Shown here: positions 31,775-41,626 of the stretch, one piece after another
How the letters are laid out: every line of letters begins with the position of its first letter
Position numbering within the stretch: position 1 is the first letter of the stretch
Origin: an uncultured Burkholderiales bacterium
GTDB lineage: Bacteria; Pseudomonadota; Gammaproteobacteria; Burkholderiales; Burkholderiaceae_C
DNA length: 64,000 nt
Direction of reading: 5' to 3'
Assembly: GCA_903887325.1 (NCBI GenBank)
Contig: CAISPG010000093.1
Location: 9,931-73,930 of the forward strand
Notes under the pieces: model-generated
Seen by the model: the letters and a program-made list of their open reading frames with translations, nothing else
What the model was told of the DNA's origin: nothing
Database searches by the model: none
Position numbers and translations under genes: made by a program

Positions 31775-32613
31775 GCACTTCAAACTCTATTCCAATCAGT
31801 TTTGAATTCTTTCCACCCAAAACACCTGAGGGCGCAGCCAAATTGTTGAACGTGCGGCACGAGCTTTACGCACTGAAACCGCAGTTTTTCAGTGTCACTT
31901 ATGGCGCAGGCGGCTCCACCCAGGACGGCACCTTGCAGCAAGTGCAAAGTATTTTGCAGGACGGCTTTGATGCAGCCCCGCATTTCTCCTGCATAGGCAC
32001 CACACGCGATACTGTGCGCGAGCAATTGGCGGCTTTCAAAGCAGCAGGCATACGCCGCATGGTGGCCTTGCGCGGCGACTTGCCCAGCGGCCACGGCACC
32101 TTCGGAGAATTCCGCTACGCCAGCGAATTGGTGGAATGCATTCGGCAGGAGTCGGGTGAGCATTTCCATATCGAGGTTGGTTGTTACCCGGAAGTGCATC
32201 CGCAGGCCAAGACGCCGCAAGCCGATGTGCAGGCTTATGTGACCAAAGTCAAAGCGGGCGCGAATTCAGCCATCACCCAGTATTTTTTCAACAGCGATGC
32301 TTACTTTCGCTTTGTCGATGAGGCCTACAAACTGGGCGCGGACATTCCGGTGGTGGCCGGCATCATGCCCATCATCAGCTCTTCACAGTTGATGCGTTTT
32401 TCAGATGCATGCGGTGCAGAAATACCGCGCTGGATACGTTTGCGTTTGCAATCTTTCGGTGACGACACCGCGTCCATCAAGGCCTTCGGTTTGGAGGTGG
32501 TCAGCGATTTGTGCGAGCAATTGCGCAACGGCGGCGCCCCCGGATTGCATTTCTACACCATGAACCAGTCGACGGCAGTGACCGCAATTTGCCGCAACCT
32601 CGGTCTGGCTTAA
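31771..32613 (+). CDS. metF: 5,10-methylenetetrahydrofolate reductase
   Basis: SFEFFPPKT, SVTYGAGGST, ALRGD, CYPEVHP, ITQYFF, GLHFYTMN; ATGA overlap with tlyA. Confidence 0.96.
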   Translation: MSTSNSIPISFEFFPPKTPEGAAKLLNVRHELYALKPQFFSVTYGAGGSTQDGTLQQVQSILQDGFDAAPHFSCIGTTRDTVREQLAAFKAAGIRRMVALRGDLPSGHGTFGEFRYASELVECIRQESGEHFHIEVGCYPEVHPQAKTPQADVQAYVTKVKAGANSAITQYFFNSDAYFRFVDEAYKLGADIPVVAGIMPIISSSQLMRFSDACGAEIPRWIRLRLQSFGDDTASIKAFGLEVVSDLCEQLRNGGAPGLHFYTMNQSTAVTAICRNLGLA

Positions 32614-33506
32614 CCCCGGGTCAGACTGAACCCGGCCAGGTGATCCTGGCCCATCAGTTGCACCATTTGCGGCAATGCCTGTTGCAACTGCTCGTACAAA
32701 GTGAACGGCGGGTTGATGATCACCACGCCGCTGCCAACCAAGCCTACGGGCTTGGCCTTTTCCCCGGGTGGGGCGTCAATGCGTGCGCCGGTGCGTATGC
32801 GCAAAGTGGCATGTAACCAGGGTTTGTCGGCCTGGCGCGCCAAGTTGGTCAGATGCCGCGGCAGACTGTGCGCCTGCGGCCTGGGAATGATGGGATACCA
32901 GACCACGTAAGTGCCGGTGGAAAAACGTTTCATCCCGATCGAGACGGCCACCACCACGCGTTCGTAATCAAGTTTGATTTCATAACTCGGGTCAATAAAC
33001 ACCAGGCCGCGGCGGGTTGAGGGCGGCAAAAATTTGGGCAAGCCGTTGAAGCCGTCTTCGTGCATCACCATCACCTGGCGACCGGCACGCAATTCTTCCA
33101 CGCGGGTTTGTAAACCACGGATATCGGTGGGATGCATTTCGAACAGCTTGAGTTTGTCTTGTTCGCGCAACAAATGATGCGAAATCAGTGGCGAACCCGG
33201 GTAATTCAGCAAGCCGCCTTCGCGGTTGAAATGATCTAGCACCTTGCGGTAGTCGAGCAAGGCGTCGGCCATAGGCCCGGACAGCTTGGATTTGTTGCGC
33301 ATCAGCGCCAGCAAGCCCTCCTGGGCTTCCCCGCTCTGGTTGGCGTCGGCGCTGTCGAGGCGGTACATACCGGCGCCGGCATGGGTGTCTATGGCGGTGA
33401 AGCCGACTTCTTTGAGTGCTAAATGCTTCATCACAGCAACCAAGACGGTGTGTTTAAGCACATCTGCGTGGTTGCCTGCGTGGTAGGCGTGGCGGTAACT
33501 GAACAT
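32610..33506 (-). CDS. rlmJ: 23S rRNA m6A2030 methyltransferase
   Basis: YRHAYHAGNHADVLKH, DTHAGAG, YPGSP, IDPSYE, VINPPF. Confidence 0.94.
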   Translation of the reverse strand: MFSYRHAYHAGNHADVLKHTVLVAVMKHLALKEVGFTAIDTHAGAGMYRLDSADANQSGEAQEGLLALMRNKSKLSGPMADALLDYRKVLDHFNREGGLLNYPGSPLISHHLLREQDKLKLFEMHPTDIRGLQTRVEELRAGRQVMVMHEDGFNGLPKFLPPSTRRGLVFIDPSYEIKLDYERVVVAVSIGMKRFSTGTYVVWYPIIPRPQAHSLPRHLTNLARQADKPWLHATLRIRTGARIDAPPGEKAKPVGLVGSGVVIINPPFTLYEQLQQALPQMVQLMGQDHLAGFSLTRG

Positions 33507-33680
33507 CCCCCATGGTAACCCGCGCTAAGCTGCTTGCGTAAGCGGGCATGAATTGGCATAGAATGTCAGGCTTCGTAGCGAACAAGGTCCCGCGGCGAAG
33601 TTATCACCCCCACCTAAGAGGTTCTCAGCAGAAGAACACCGACCGTGGAAAAGGACCCCACAACCCACTCTAGGAAACAC

Positions 33681-34109
33681 ATGTCCACTTTCAGCGCAAA
33701 ACCCGCTGACGTGACGCATGAGTGGTTTGTGATTGACGCCACCGATAAGGTGCTCGGACGGATTGCCAGCGAAGCAGCCCTCCGTTTACGCGGCAAGCAC
33801 AAAGCCATTTATACGCCTCACGTCGATACCGGCGACTACATAGTCGTCATCAACTCGTCCAAAATTCGAGTCACAGGCAACAAAGCCTTGGACAAGATGT
33901 ACCACCGCCACTCCGGTTACCCCGGCGGTATTTCCAGCACCAATTTCAAAGACATGCAAGCCAAGCACCCCACTCGTGCGCTGGAAAAAGCTGTCAAAGG
34001 CATGCTGCCCAAAGGTCCTTTGGGTTTCGCCATGATCAAAAAGCTCAAGGTGTACGGCGGTGCCGAGCATCCCCATACCGCCCAACAGCCTAAAGTGCTG
34101 GACATCTAA
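33681..34109 (+). CDS. rplM: 50S ribosomal protein L13
   Basis: [46 protein letters not shown]. Confidence 0.98.
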   Translation: MSTFSAKPADVTHEWFVIDATDKVLGRIASEAALRLRGKHKAIYTPHVDTGDYIVVINSSKIRVTGNKALDKMYHRHSGYPGGISSTNFKDMQAKHPTRALEKAVKGMLPKGPLGFAMIKKLKVYGGAEHPHTAQQPKVLDI

Positions 34110-34120
34110 GGAGCTATGAA

Positions 34121-34513
34121 ATGATTGGTGAATGGAACAATGGCACCGGTCGTCGCAAATCCAGCGTCGCCCGCGTGTTTCTGAAAAAAGGCTCCGGCAA
34201 GATCATGGTCAATGGCAAAGACATCGCTGAATATTTCGGCCGTCAAACCTCGATCATGATTGCCAAGCAACCTCTGTTTTTGACTCAGCATGCCGAATCT
34301 TTCGACATTCAGATCAATGTGCAGGGCGGCGGTGAATCCGGCCAGGCAGGCGCTGCCCGTCATGGCATCACCCGCGCTCTTATCGACTACGATGCGACCC
34401 TCAAACCCGCGCTGTCAGCAGCCGGTTTTGTCACCCGGGATGCACGTGAAGTCGAACGTAAAAAAGTCGGTTTGCACGGTGCCCGTCGCCGCAAGCAGTT
34501 CAGCAAACGCTGA
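34121..34513 (+). CDS. rpsI: 30S ribosomal protein S9
   Basis: [42 protein letters not shown]. Confidence 0.98.
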   Translation: MIGEWNNGTGRRKSSVARVFLKKGSGKIMVNGKDIAEYFGRQTSIMIAKQPLFLTQHAESFDIQINVQGGGESGQAGAARHGITRALIDYDATLKPALSAAGFVTRDAREVERKKVGLHGARRRKQFSKR

Positions 34514-34542
34514 TCTACCGTCAGGCCTTGTGTCTGCAAAAT

Positions 34543-34575
34543 GCCGCCAGAGCCCCTGCTTTGGCGGTTTTTTTT
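34543..34575 (+). terminator. Rho-independent terminator of rplM-rpsI
   Basis: ccgccagagc-ccct-gctttggcgg stem (one G.U pair) plus 8 T. Confidence 0.85.
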
Positions 34576-34625
34576 CGATTTCACCCGTCAGCGGGATGGG
34601 TCGTTGCTATAACCTTGCCACAGGT

Positions 34626-34650
34626 ATTGTTGACTGAAATAGGTTACTAT
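34626..34650 (+). promoter_or_regulatory. IscR type-1-like operator upstream of erpA
   Basis: ATTGTTGACTGAAATAGGTTACTAT matches 21 of 25 positions of the E. coli type-1 consensus ATASYYGACTRWWWYAGTCRRSTAT; includes a TTGACT -35-like hexamer. Confidence 0.6.
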
Positions 34651-34684
34651 TACTTCTTAAAGAACATTTTCATTGGAGTGCGCC

Positions 34685-35050
34685 ATGAGTGCCTTAGCCG
34701 AAACCATACCTACCGCCATGCCTGAGCCTATCGTCTTTACCGACAGTGCTGCGGCCAAAGTGGCTGACCTGATCGCCGAAGAAGGCAACCCCGAGTTGAA
34801 ACTGCGCGTGTTTGTGCAAGGCGGCGGTTGCTCCGGTTTTCAATATGGTTTTACTTTTGATGAAATCACCAACGAAGACGACACCATCATGTCCAAACAC
34901 GGCGTCTCTTTGTTGATCGATGCCATGAGCTACCAGTATTTGCTCGGTGCCGAAATCGATTACAAAGAAGACTTGCAAGGCGCTCAGTTCGTCATCAAAA
35001 ACCCGAATGCCACCAGCACCTGCGGATGCGGGTCTTCATTCTCAGCTTGA
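34685..35050 (+). CDS. erpA: iron-sulfur cluster insertion protein ErpA
   Basis: [32 protein letters not shown]. Confidence 0.95.
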   Translation: MSALAETIPTAMPEPIVFTDSAAAKVADLIAEEGNPELKLRVFVQGGGCSGFQYGFTFDEITNEDDTIMSKHGVSLLIDAMSYQYLLGAEIDYKEDLQGAQFVIKNPNATSTCGCGSSFSA

Positions 35051-35065
35051 GTTTTACAGTTGAGC

Positions 35066-35095
35066 AACAAGCCGGGCTAGTCCCGGCTTGTTTTA
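35066..35095. terminator. probably bidirectional terminator between convergent erpA and anmK
   Basis: perfect 11-bp stem aacaagccggg-ctagt-cccggcttgtt followed by a T run. Confidence 0.8.
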
Positions 35096-36205
35096 TGCAG
35101 GATAAATCCCACCCAGCACCCTGGGCCCCGCCGCGCCGGTCACCGCAGGCAGATTACCCGGCAGGTTCAAGCAAGTCTGGCGCGCCAGCCAGGCGAATGC
35201 AGCCGCTTCGACTTGCAAGGGCGGCAAGCCATGTTCTTCGGTGCTTTGAACAGGAAGACCCGGCAAGCGCTGTTGCAGCATCTGCATCAGATATAGGTTG
35301 TAAGCGCCGCCGCCGCAGACCAGCAGTCGCGCGGCGTGCGGTGCATAGCGCAGCACATCCTCAGCGCATACCTGGGCCGTGAGTGCAGTCAAGCTGGCTT
35401 GCACGTCCACAGCGGTCAGCGGCGCGCAGCCGGCCAAAGCAGCGTTCAACCAGTCATCATGAAACAGATCGCGGCCTGTGCTTTTTGGCGGTGAGAATTT
35501 GAAAAACGGTTCGCGCATCAGGTATTCAAGCAAAGCCGGGTTGACTTGACCCTCAGCCGCCCAAGCGCCGCCCCGGTCAAAGGCCTGACCGGTATTCAGT
35601 TGACACCAATGGTCAAGCAGTACATTGCCAGGGCCGCAATCAAAGCCTGCAGCCTGTCCGTTATTCAGAATGCTGAGGTTGGACATGCCGCCGACATTGA
35701 GCACGGCCACTGTCTGTCCGTCAGCCCCGAACATATGTTGGTGAAACGCAGGCACCAGCGGTGCACCCTGGCCGCCGGCGGCAATATCGCGGCTACGGAA
35801 ATCCGCGACCACGCGGATACCGGTTCGCTCGGCGAGCAAAGAAGGGTTGTTGATTTGAAGCGTATAGCCTATGCCGTCGTGCAAGCCGGGCTGATGGCGC
35901 ACGGTTTGCCCGTGTGCGCCTATGGCCGAAATATCGTTGGGCAGGTAGCCGGTTTGATTCAGTAAATCCTGTACCGCATGGGCATACAACAAAGCGAGTT
36001 CGTTAGCAGCCAGGGCAGACACATGCAATTCATTGGCGCCGCTGCGGTTGAGTTCCAGCAAAGTGTGTCGTAAGGCCTTTGAAAAAGGCAGACTACTGTG
36101 GCCTAGGGTACGCAAGCCGGAGGTCGAAAAATCCGCCAGCACCGCGTCCACGCCATCAAGTGAGGTGCCTGACATCACGCCGATATAGAGCGTGCGCATG
36201 GTCAA
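35093..36205 (-). CDS. anmK: anhydro-N-acetylmuramic acid kinase
   Basis: GVMSGTSLDGVD, HGQTVRH, DFRSRD.AAGGQGAPLVP, GFDCGPGN, KSTGRDLF, EAAAFAWLA. Confidence 0.96.
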   Translation of the reverse strand: MTMRTLYIGVMSGTSLDGVDAVLADFSTSGLRTLGHSSLPFSKALRHTLLELNRSGANELHVSALAANELALLYAHAVQDLLNQTGYLPNDISAIGAHGQTVRHQPGLHDGIGYTLQINNPSLLAERTGIRVVADFRSRDIAAGGQGAPLVPAFHQHMFGADGQTVAVLNVGGMSNLSILNNGQAAGFDCGPGNVLLDHWCQLNTGQAFDRGGAWAAEGQVNPALLEYLMREPFFKFSPPKSTGRDLFHDDWLNAALAGCAPLTAVDVQASLTALTAQVCAEDVLRYAPHAARLLVCGGGAYNLYLMQMLQQRLPGLPVQSTEEHGLPPLQVEAAAFAWLARQTCLNLPGNLPAVTGAAGPRVLGGIYPA

Positions 36206-36210
36206 AATAA

Positions 36211-37587
36211 TCAGTGCGTGGTGTCGGCTGAGGCGACCGAAGCTGAGGCCAGTTGTCTAGAGACTTCAGCCGCCTGGCGGTTGAATTGATCACGCGCGAA
36301 TGCAGGAACCGGCACAGATTCGCTTTGACGGGCCAGCAATTGCGGGTCTTTGTGAACGCCGTTCACCCGGAATTCAAAATGCAAATGCGGGCCGGTGGCC
36401 CAGCCAGTTGCGCCAACCAAGCCGACCGTCTGGCCCTGAGAGACAGACTGGCCGCGACGAACCAGCATTTTGCTCAAGTGCGCATAAACCGTGGCGTGGC
36501 CGTTGTTGTGTTTGACCACCACCGCATTGCCGTAACCACCCATATTGCCTGCGCTCTCCACCACGCCCAAGCCGACGCTGCGCACCGGCGTGCCTTGACT
36601 CGCCGCGTAATCCACACCGAGGTGGGCGCGCCAGGTTTGAAAGATAGGGTGAAAACGCATGTTGAAGCCGCTGCTCACGCGTGAAAAAGCCAGCGGAGAC
36701 GCCAAGTAGGTGCGGCGCAGACTTTGGCCTTGCAGGTTGTAATAACCGCCTGGCTTGTTGCTGTTTTCCTGGAACCACATGGCCTGGTGCGTTTTGCCTT
36801 TGTTGACAAATTCAGCCGTCAGCACTTTGCCTGGTTTGAGCGATTCACCGTCGGCTTCCAGCGATTCGTAGGTGACGGTGAAGCGGTCGCCTTTGCGCAA
36901 AGCGCGGTGAAAATCTATGTCGCCTGAGAAAATTTCTGCAAGCTGAACTGCAATGCTGTCTGGAATGCGTGCATCGTCGGTGGCGGCGAACAAAGAGGTT
37001 TGAATCAAGCCGCCTGACAGACGAACCGAGGTTTTGAGTTCGCCGGTTTCGCGCCTTGCGCTCAGGCCTTGCTCGCCGCGTTCAATCACCAGGCATTGAA
37101 ACGTATCGTTTTTGTCGGTGGCCCAACGCGCTGTGAGTTTGAGCAAGTGGTTGTCGTCGTCAACTTCGGCGTTCAACTGGCGCGCGCTTTTGCCCAATAA
37201 AGCTTCGCGCACCAGCGTGTTGCCGCGCATGAAGTCAGCAGCCGTTTTATCGGATACGCCCAAGCGCGACAGCATGGCTTCTGCAGTGTCGGTAGAGCGC
37301 GAAGTGTCAGTGCGGTAAAGCCGCAGCCGGTCTTTGCCAAGGCTGCTGATCTGGCTGTCCAGCGTGATGTTGCTGACGTTTTCCACCAATTGCCTGATGG
37401 GTGCGCCAGAGTCGGATTGCCTGAACCCGGCAACTGCCAGAGCCCCGGCAGCGGTCAGCGCCAACACGACAGCCAGACGAACCACGCCATTGCTGCGGTA
37501 AACATCATCATCTTGGGGGGTGTCGGGGAAATCGTTGTCTTGCAAAATCAGCATCCGGTGACTCAGGCGCCAGACGGACTGCAGCAC
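36211..37587 (-). CDS. M23-family peptidoglycan DD-endopeptidase (MepM-like)
   Basis: HLGVDYAA, YAHLS, TGPHLHFE zinc motifs; N-terminal TM segment; start uncertain (37587 GTG or 37554 ATG). Confidence 0.9.
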   Translation of the reverse strand: MLQSVWRLSHRMLILQDNDFPDTPQDDDVYRSNGVVRLAVVLALTAAGALAVAGFRQSDSGAPIRQLVENVSNITLDSQISSLGKDRLRLYRTDTSRSTDTAEAMLSRLGVSDKTAADFMRGNTLVREALLGKSARQLNAEVDDDNHLLKLTARWATDKNDTFQCLVIERGEQGLSARRETGELKTSVRLSGGLIQTSLFAATDDARIPDSIAVQLAEIFSGDIDFHRALRKGDRFTVTYESLEADGESLKPGKVLTAEFVNKGKTHQAMWFQENSNKPGGYYNLQGQSLRRTYLASPLAFSRVSSGFNMRFHPIFQTWRAHLGVDYAASQGTPVRSVGLGVVESAGNMGGYGNAVVVKHNNGHATVYAHLSKMLVRRGQSVSQGQTVGLVGATGWATGPHLHFEFRVNGVHKDPQLLARQSESVPVPAFARDQFNRQAAEVSRQLASASVASADTTH

Positions 37588-37687
37588 CTTAGAATGAAGG
37601 AAATAGTTGTGCGCTTCACCTGGAGGTGCGGCCCAATGAAGTGCAGTATACAGGCCTGACTACCAGGCAACAAGCCCGAAATCACTT

Positions 37688-38923
37688 ATGAATCAAGCAT
37701 CTGAGAAACAAACCTCACTATCTGCAACGGTTGAGCAGGCGCTGGATGTCTCAATGCGTGGCTGTGAAGAATTGCTGCCCAGGGACGAGTGGGTGAAAAA
37801 ACTCCAGCGGCACGAGGCCAACGGGCAGCCTTTGCGCATCAAGCTTGGCCTGGACCCGACCGCGCCCGACATACACATCGGCCATACCGTGGTCTTGAAC
37901 AAAATGCGCCAGTTGCAGGATTTGGGCCATCAGGTGATTTTTCTGATCGGCGACTTCACCTCGTTGATCGGCGACCCGTCCGGGCGCAACAGCACACGCC
38001 CGGCTTTGACCCCTGAACAAATCAAGCACAACGCCGACACCTATTACAAGCAAGCCAGCATGGTGCTGGACCCTGAGCGCACCGAGATTCGCTACAACAG
38101 CGAATGGAGTGAGCCGCTGGGTGCCAGCGGCATGATTCAGCTCGCGTCGCGCTACACCGTGGCGCGCATGATGGAGCGGGACGATTTCCACAAACGCTTC
38201 CACGGCGGCCAATCCATCAGCGTGCACGAATTTTTATACCCGCTGATGCAGGGCTACGACAGCGTCGCTTTGAAAAGCGATCTCGAGCTTGGCGGCACGG
38301 ATCAAAAATTCAATTTGCTGATGGGGAGGCATTTGCAGCAGGAATACGGTCAGGAGCCGCAGTGCATTTTGACCATGCCGCTGCTCGAAGGCCTGGACGG
38401 CGTGGACAAAATGTCCAAGAGCAAGAACAACTACATCGGCATTACTGAAGATGCCAACACCATGTTTGCCAAAGTCATGTCCATCAGCGATGTGTTGATG
38501 TGGCGCTGGTTCACGCTTTTGAGCTTTCAAAGTTTGGAAGCGATTGCCAAGTTGAAGGCCGAGGTTGAAGCCGGGCGCAACCCGCGCGATGCCAAAGTCA
38601 TGCTGGCCAAGGAAATCACCGCGCGTTTCCATTCGGCAGCACTGGCCGACAGCGCGGAACAGGATTTCGTCAACCGCAGCAAAGGCGGTATTCCTGATGA
38701 CATACCCGACGTACCACTGACGGGAGCGCCCTTGGGCATCAATGCGCTGTTGAAGAACGCTGGCTTGGCCCCGTCGACCAGCGAAGCCGGGCGATTGGTC
38801 GAAGGCGGCGGCGTGCGCATAGACAGCAGCGTCGTGAGCGACAAAGGCTTGAAATTAGAAGCGGGCACGTATGTGGTTCAGGTGGGCAAACGCAAATTCG
38901 CCAGAGTACATCTGAGTGCTTGA
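37688..38923 (+). CDS. tyrS: tyrosine--tRNA ligase
   Basis: PDIHIGH (HIGH), [14 protein letters not shown]-terminal S4 domain QVGKRKF. Confidence 0.97.
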   Translation: MNQASEKQTSLSATVEQALDVSMRGCEELLPRDEWVKKLQRHEANGQPLRIKLGLDPTAPDIHIGHTVVLNKMRQLQDLGHQVIFLIGDFTSLIGDPSGRNSTRPALTPEQIKHNADTYYKQASMVLDPERTEIRYNSEWSEPLGASGMIQLASRYTVARMMERDDFHKRFHGGQSISVHEFLYPLMQGYDSVALKSDLELGGTDQKFNLLMGRHLQQEYGQEPQCILTMPLLEGLDGVDKMSKSKNNYIGITEDANTMFAKVMSISDVLMWRWFTLLSFQSLEAIAKLKAEVEAGRNPRDAKVMLAKEITARFHSAALADSAEQDFVNRSKGGIPDDIPDVPLTGAPLGINALLKNAGLAPSTSEAGRLVEGGGVRIDSSVVSDKGLKLEAGTYVVQVGKRKFARVHLSA

Positions 38924-38953
38924 GGCCCTGACCACACAACCGGAATCCAACAC

Positions 38954-39889
38954 ATGAATGCATTGAACCGCTGGCTATTGAAGCTCTCGCCCACCACCTT
39001 GTTGTGGACCTCGGTGGTGGTGGCCATCATCACCATCGTCATGAAAACCCTGGCCTGGTACATCACCGATTCGGTCGGTTTGTTGTCTGACGCCATGGAG
39101 TCGTTTGTGAATTTGGCCAGCGCCATTTTTGCGTTGATCATGGTGACCGTGGCGCAGCAACCGGCGGATCAAGAACACCCTTACGGACACCACAAGGCCG
39201 AGTATTTTTCTTCGGGCTTTGAAGGCGTGTTGATCATGGGCGCGGCAGCCGCCATCATCTGGGCTTCGGTACACCGCGTATTTGATCCGCAGCCGGTGGT
39301 TGAACTCGGCTGGGGTTTGAGTTTGTCGGTGGCCAGTTCCGCGTTGAATGGTTTGCTGGCTTGGGTCATGTTCAAGGTGGCCAAACAACAGCGTTCTATT
39401 GCGCTTGAAGCCGATGCCAAACATCTGGTGACCGATGTGTGGACATCGGCCGGTGTGGTCATAGGCTTGTTGCTGGTGTTGTTCACCGGTTGGCTATGGC
39501 TGGACGCGGTGGTCGCCATGGGCGTGGCCTTGAATATTTTGAAAGAAGGTTTTGATTTGATCTGGCTTTCATCCCAAGGTTTGATGGATGAAGCCGTCGA
39601 GCCTGCGGTGCTGGCGCAAATTCAAGAAGTGCTTGACGGGTTTAAACACAAGCGCGGCGAAGTAGAGATCATTCGTTTTGACCACATCACCACACGCCAG
39701 GCAGGGCAACGCCGGTTTGTCGATATGCACATGCACATGCCAGCCAGTTGGTCACTGGGACGCGCGGCGGCTTTGCGCACCAGTGTGGAGCAAGCCTTGA
39801 TGAGCTCGGTGCCCGGGTTGCGTGCCAGCATTCAGTTATTACCGAACGATGTGGAAGCGCATTTTGATGATGTGCGGGATTTGAAATAA
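38954..39889 (+). CDS. cation diffusion facilitator (CDF) family transporter
   Basis: SVGLLSDAMES, HPYGHHKAEY, LEADAKHLVTDVWTS, WLDA motifs. Confidence 0.92.
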   Translation: MNALNRWLLKLSPTTLLWTSVVVAIITIVMKTLAWYITDSVGLLSDAMESFVNLASAIFALIMVTVAQQPADQEHPYGHHKAEYFSSGFEGVLIMGAAAAIIWASVHRVFDPQPVVELGWGLSLSVASSALNGLLAWVMFKVAKQQRSIALEADAKHLVTDVWTSAGVVIGLLLVLFTGWLWLDAVVAMGVALNILKEGFDLIWLSSQGLMDEAVEPAVLAQIQEVLDGFKHKRGEVEIIRFDHITTRQAGQRRFVDMHMHMPASWSLGRAAALRTSVEQALMSSVPGLRASIQLLPNDVEAHFDDVRDLK

Positions 39890-39944
39890 AACAAGGTTCG
39901 ACAGTGAAACCATTTCAGCTTTGACGCAGGCTGATAATCCCCGC

Positions 39945-41324
39945 ATGACCTCTTCCTTTCGCACGCGCTCTCTCTCTCCCGACACCCTCAACAACTTAGA
40001 CCAACTCGGCTACACCGAGATGACGCCGATTCAGGCGGCGAGTCTGCCATTGGCGCTGGCCGGTCAGGATGTGATTGCACAAGCCAGCACCGGCAGCGGC
40101 AAGACCGCGGCCTTTGGTTTGCCGCTGGTGGAAAAGCTCACCGCCAACTTTCACGCGGTGCAAGCGCTGGTCTTGTGCCCGACGCGCGAACTCGCCGATC
40201 AAGTCACCATAGAAATACGCAGACTGGCGCGCGCCACAGCCAACATCAAAGTGGTGACGCTGTGCGGCGGAGTGGCTTTGCGCGGTCAGGAGCAAAGCCT
40301 GCAACACGGCTCGCACGTGGTGGTAGGTACACCCGGGCGCATTCTGGATCATTTGACGCGCGGTAGTTTGCGACTGGATTCAGTCAAAACATTGGTGCTT
40401 GATGAAGCCGATCGCATGTTGGACATGGGTTTTTTCGATGACATGAAACAGCTCATTCAACAATGTCCCGCCAAGCGACAAACACTGTTGTTTTCTGCAA
40501 CTTATCCCGAAGGCATTGCCAAGTTGTCGGCGCAGTTCATGCGCGACCCGCAAACGGTGAAAGTGCAAACCGTGCACGCGGCAGACAAAATCAAACAACT
40601 GTTTTACGAAGTGCATGAAGACGAGCGCTTGCATGCAGTGTCATTGCTGCTCAACCATTTCCGGCCCGAGTCCACGCTGGCGTTTTGCAATACCAAGCAG
40701 CAATGCCGTGAGTTGTTGGCCGTGTTGCAGGCCCAAGGTTTTGATGCGCTGGCTTTGTATGGTGAACTTGAACAACGCGAACGCGATCAAGTGCTGGTGC
40801 AATTTGCCAACCGCAGTTGCTCGGTGCTGGTGGCAACCGATGTCGCTTCGCGCGGACTGGATATCAGTCAACTGAATGCAGTCATCAATGTGGATGTCAC
40901 GCCGGATGCGGAAATACATATTCACCGCATTGGTCGCACCGGCCGCGCTGATGCACAAGGTTTGGCGTTGACCTTGGCCAGTCTGGATGAAATGGGTGCG
41001 GTTGGACGCATAGAGTTGCTGCAAAACATGGAGTCACACTGGGTCAAGCTGGATACGCTGACCGCCACACCCGGCGGCAGGTTGATGGCACCTATGCGCA
41101 CCTTGCAAATCGTTGGCGGACGCAAAGAAAAAATCCGTCCCGGCGACGTGCTGGGCGCGTTGACGGGTGAAGCAGGGTTCAGTGCCGCGCAAATCGGCAA
41201 GATCAATGTGAATGAGTTTTCCACCTATGTGGCGGTGGACAGAGCGATTGCAGCAGAAGCAGTCGAGCGTTTGTCCAAAGGACGAATTAAAGGAAAAACC
41301 GTGCGTGTGCGTTTGATGGATTGA
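39945..41324 (+). CDS. dbpA: ATP-dependent RNA helicase DbpA
   Basis: Q motif MTPIQ, TGSGKT, PTRELADQV, DEAD, SAT, HRIGRTGRA, C-terminal GGRKEKIRPGDVLGALT RNA-binding domain. Confidence 0.95.
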   Translation: MTSSFRTRSLSPDTLNNLDQLGYTEMTPIQAASLPLALAGQDVIAQASTGSGKTAAFGLPLVEKLTANFHAVQALVLCPTRELADQVTIEIRRLARATANIKVVTLCGGVALRGQEQSLQHGSHVVVGTPGRILDHLTRGSLRLDSVKTLVLDEADRMLDMGFFDDMKQLIQQCPAKRQTLLFSATYPEGIAKLSAQFMRDPQTVKVQTVHAADKIKQLFYEVHEDERLHAVSLLLNHFRPESTLAFCNTKQQCRELLAVLQAQGFDALALYGELEQRERDQVLVQFANRSCSVLVATDVASRGLDISQLNAVINVDVTPDAEIHIHRIGRTGRADAQGLALTLASLDEMGAVGRIELLQNMESHWVKLDTLTATPGGRLMAPMRTLQIVGGRKEKIRPGDVLGALTGEAGFSAAQIGKINVNEFSTYVAVDRAIAAEAVERLSKGRIKGKTVRVRLMD

Positions 41325-41353
41325 TTTACATTACCGGGGTAATGTGATACCGT
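41325..41353 (+). promoter_or_regulatory. sigma70-type promoter with an operator palindrome for the TA operon
   Basis: TTTACA-N17-TACCGT with TG extension at 41345-46; inverted repeat acattacc-gg-ggtaatgt at 41328-41345. Confidence 0.6.
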
Positions 41354-41359
41354 ATACAT

Positions 41360-41626
41360 ATGAATTCCAAGCAATCCAAATTAACCACGCAATGCCAGGT
41401 TTCGGTGCCTGCCTCGGTTCGTCAGTTCCTCAGCTTAAGCCCCGGTGCCACCATGCTGTGGGTGCAGGAGGGTGAGCGCATGTGGGTTGAGCGGGCTGTC
41501 ACACACACAACCGTTGATATTCATCAAGCGCTGTTTGGCAACTCAGCACCCCCAAAGACCGCAGACACGCCAGACAGCAAACAAGCCATTCGCGCCATGA
41601 TGCAAAAGAAACATGCACGCCATTGA
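41360..41626 (+). CDS. AbrB/MazE/SpoVT-family antitoxin (VapB-like)
   Basis: SKLTTQCQVSVPASVRQFLSLSPGATMLW resembles the AbrB pattern (SKGQVTIP..vR..LgL.pG); overlaps the PIN gene. Confidence 0.8.
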   Translation: MNSKQSKLTTQCQVSVPASVRQFLSLSPGATMLWVQEGERMWVERAVTHTTVDIHQALFGNSAPPKTADTPDSKQAIRAMMQKKHARH

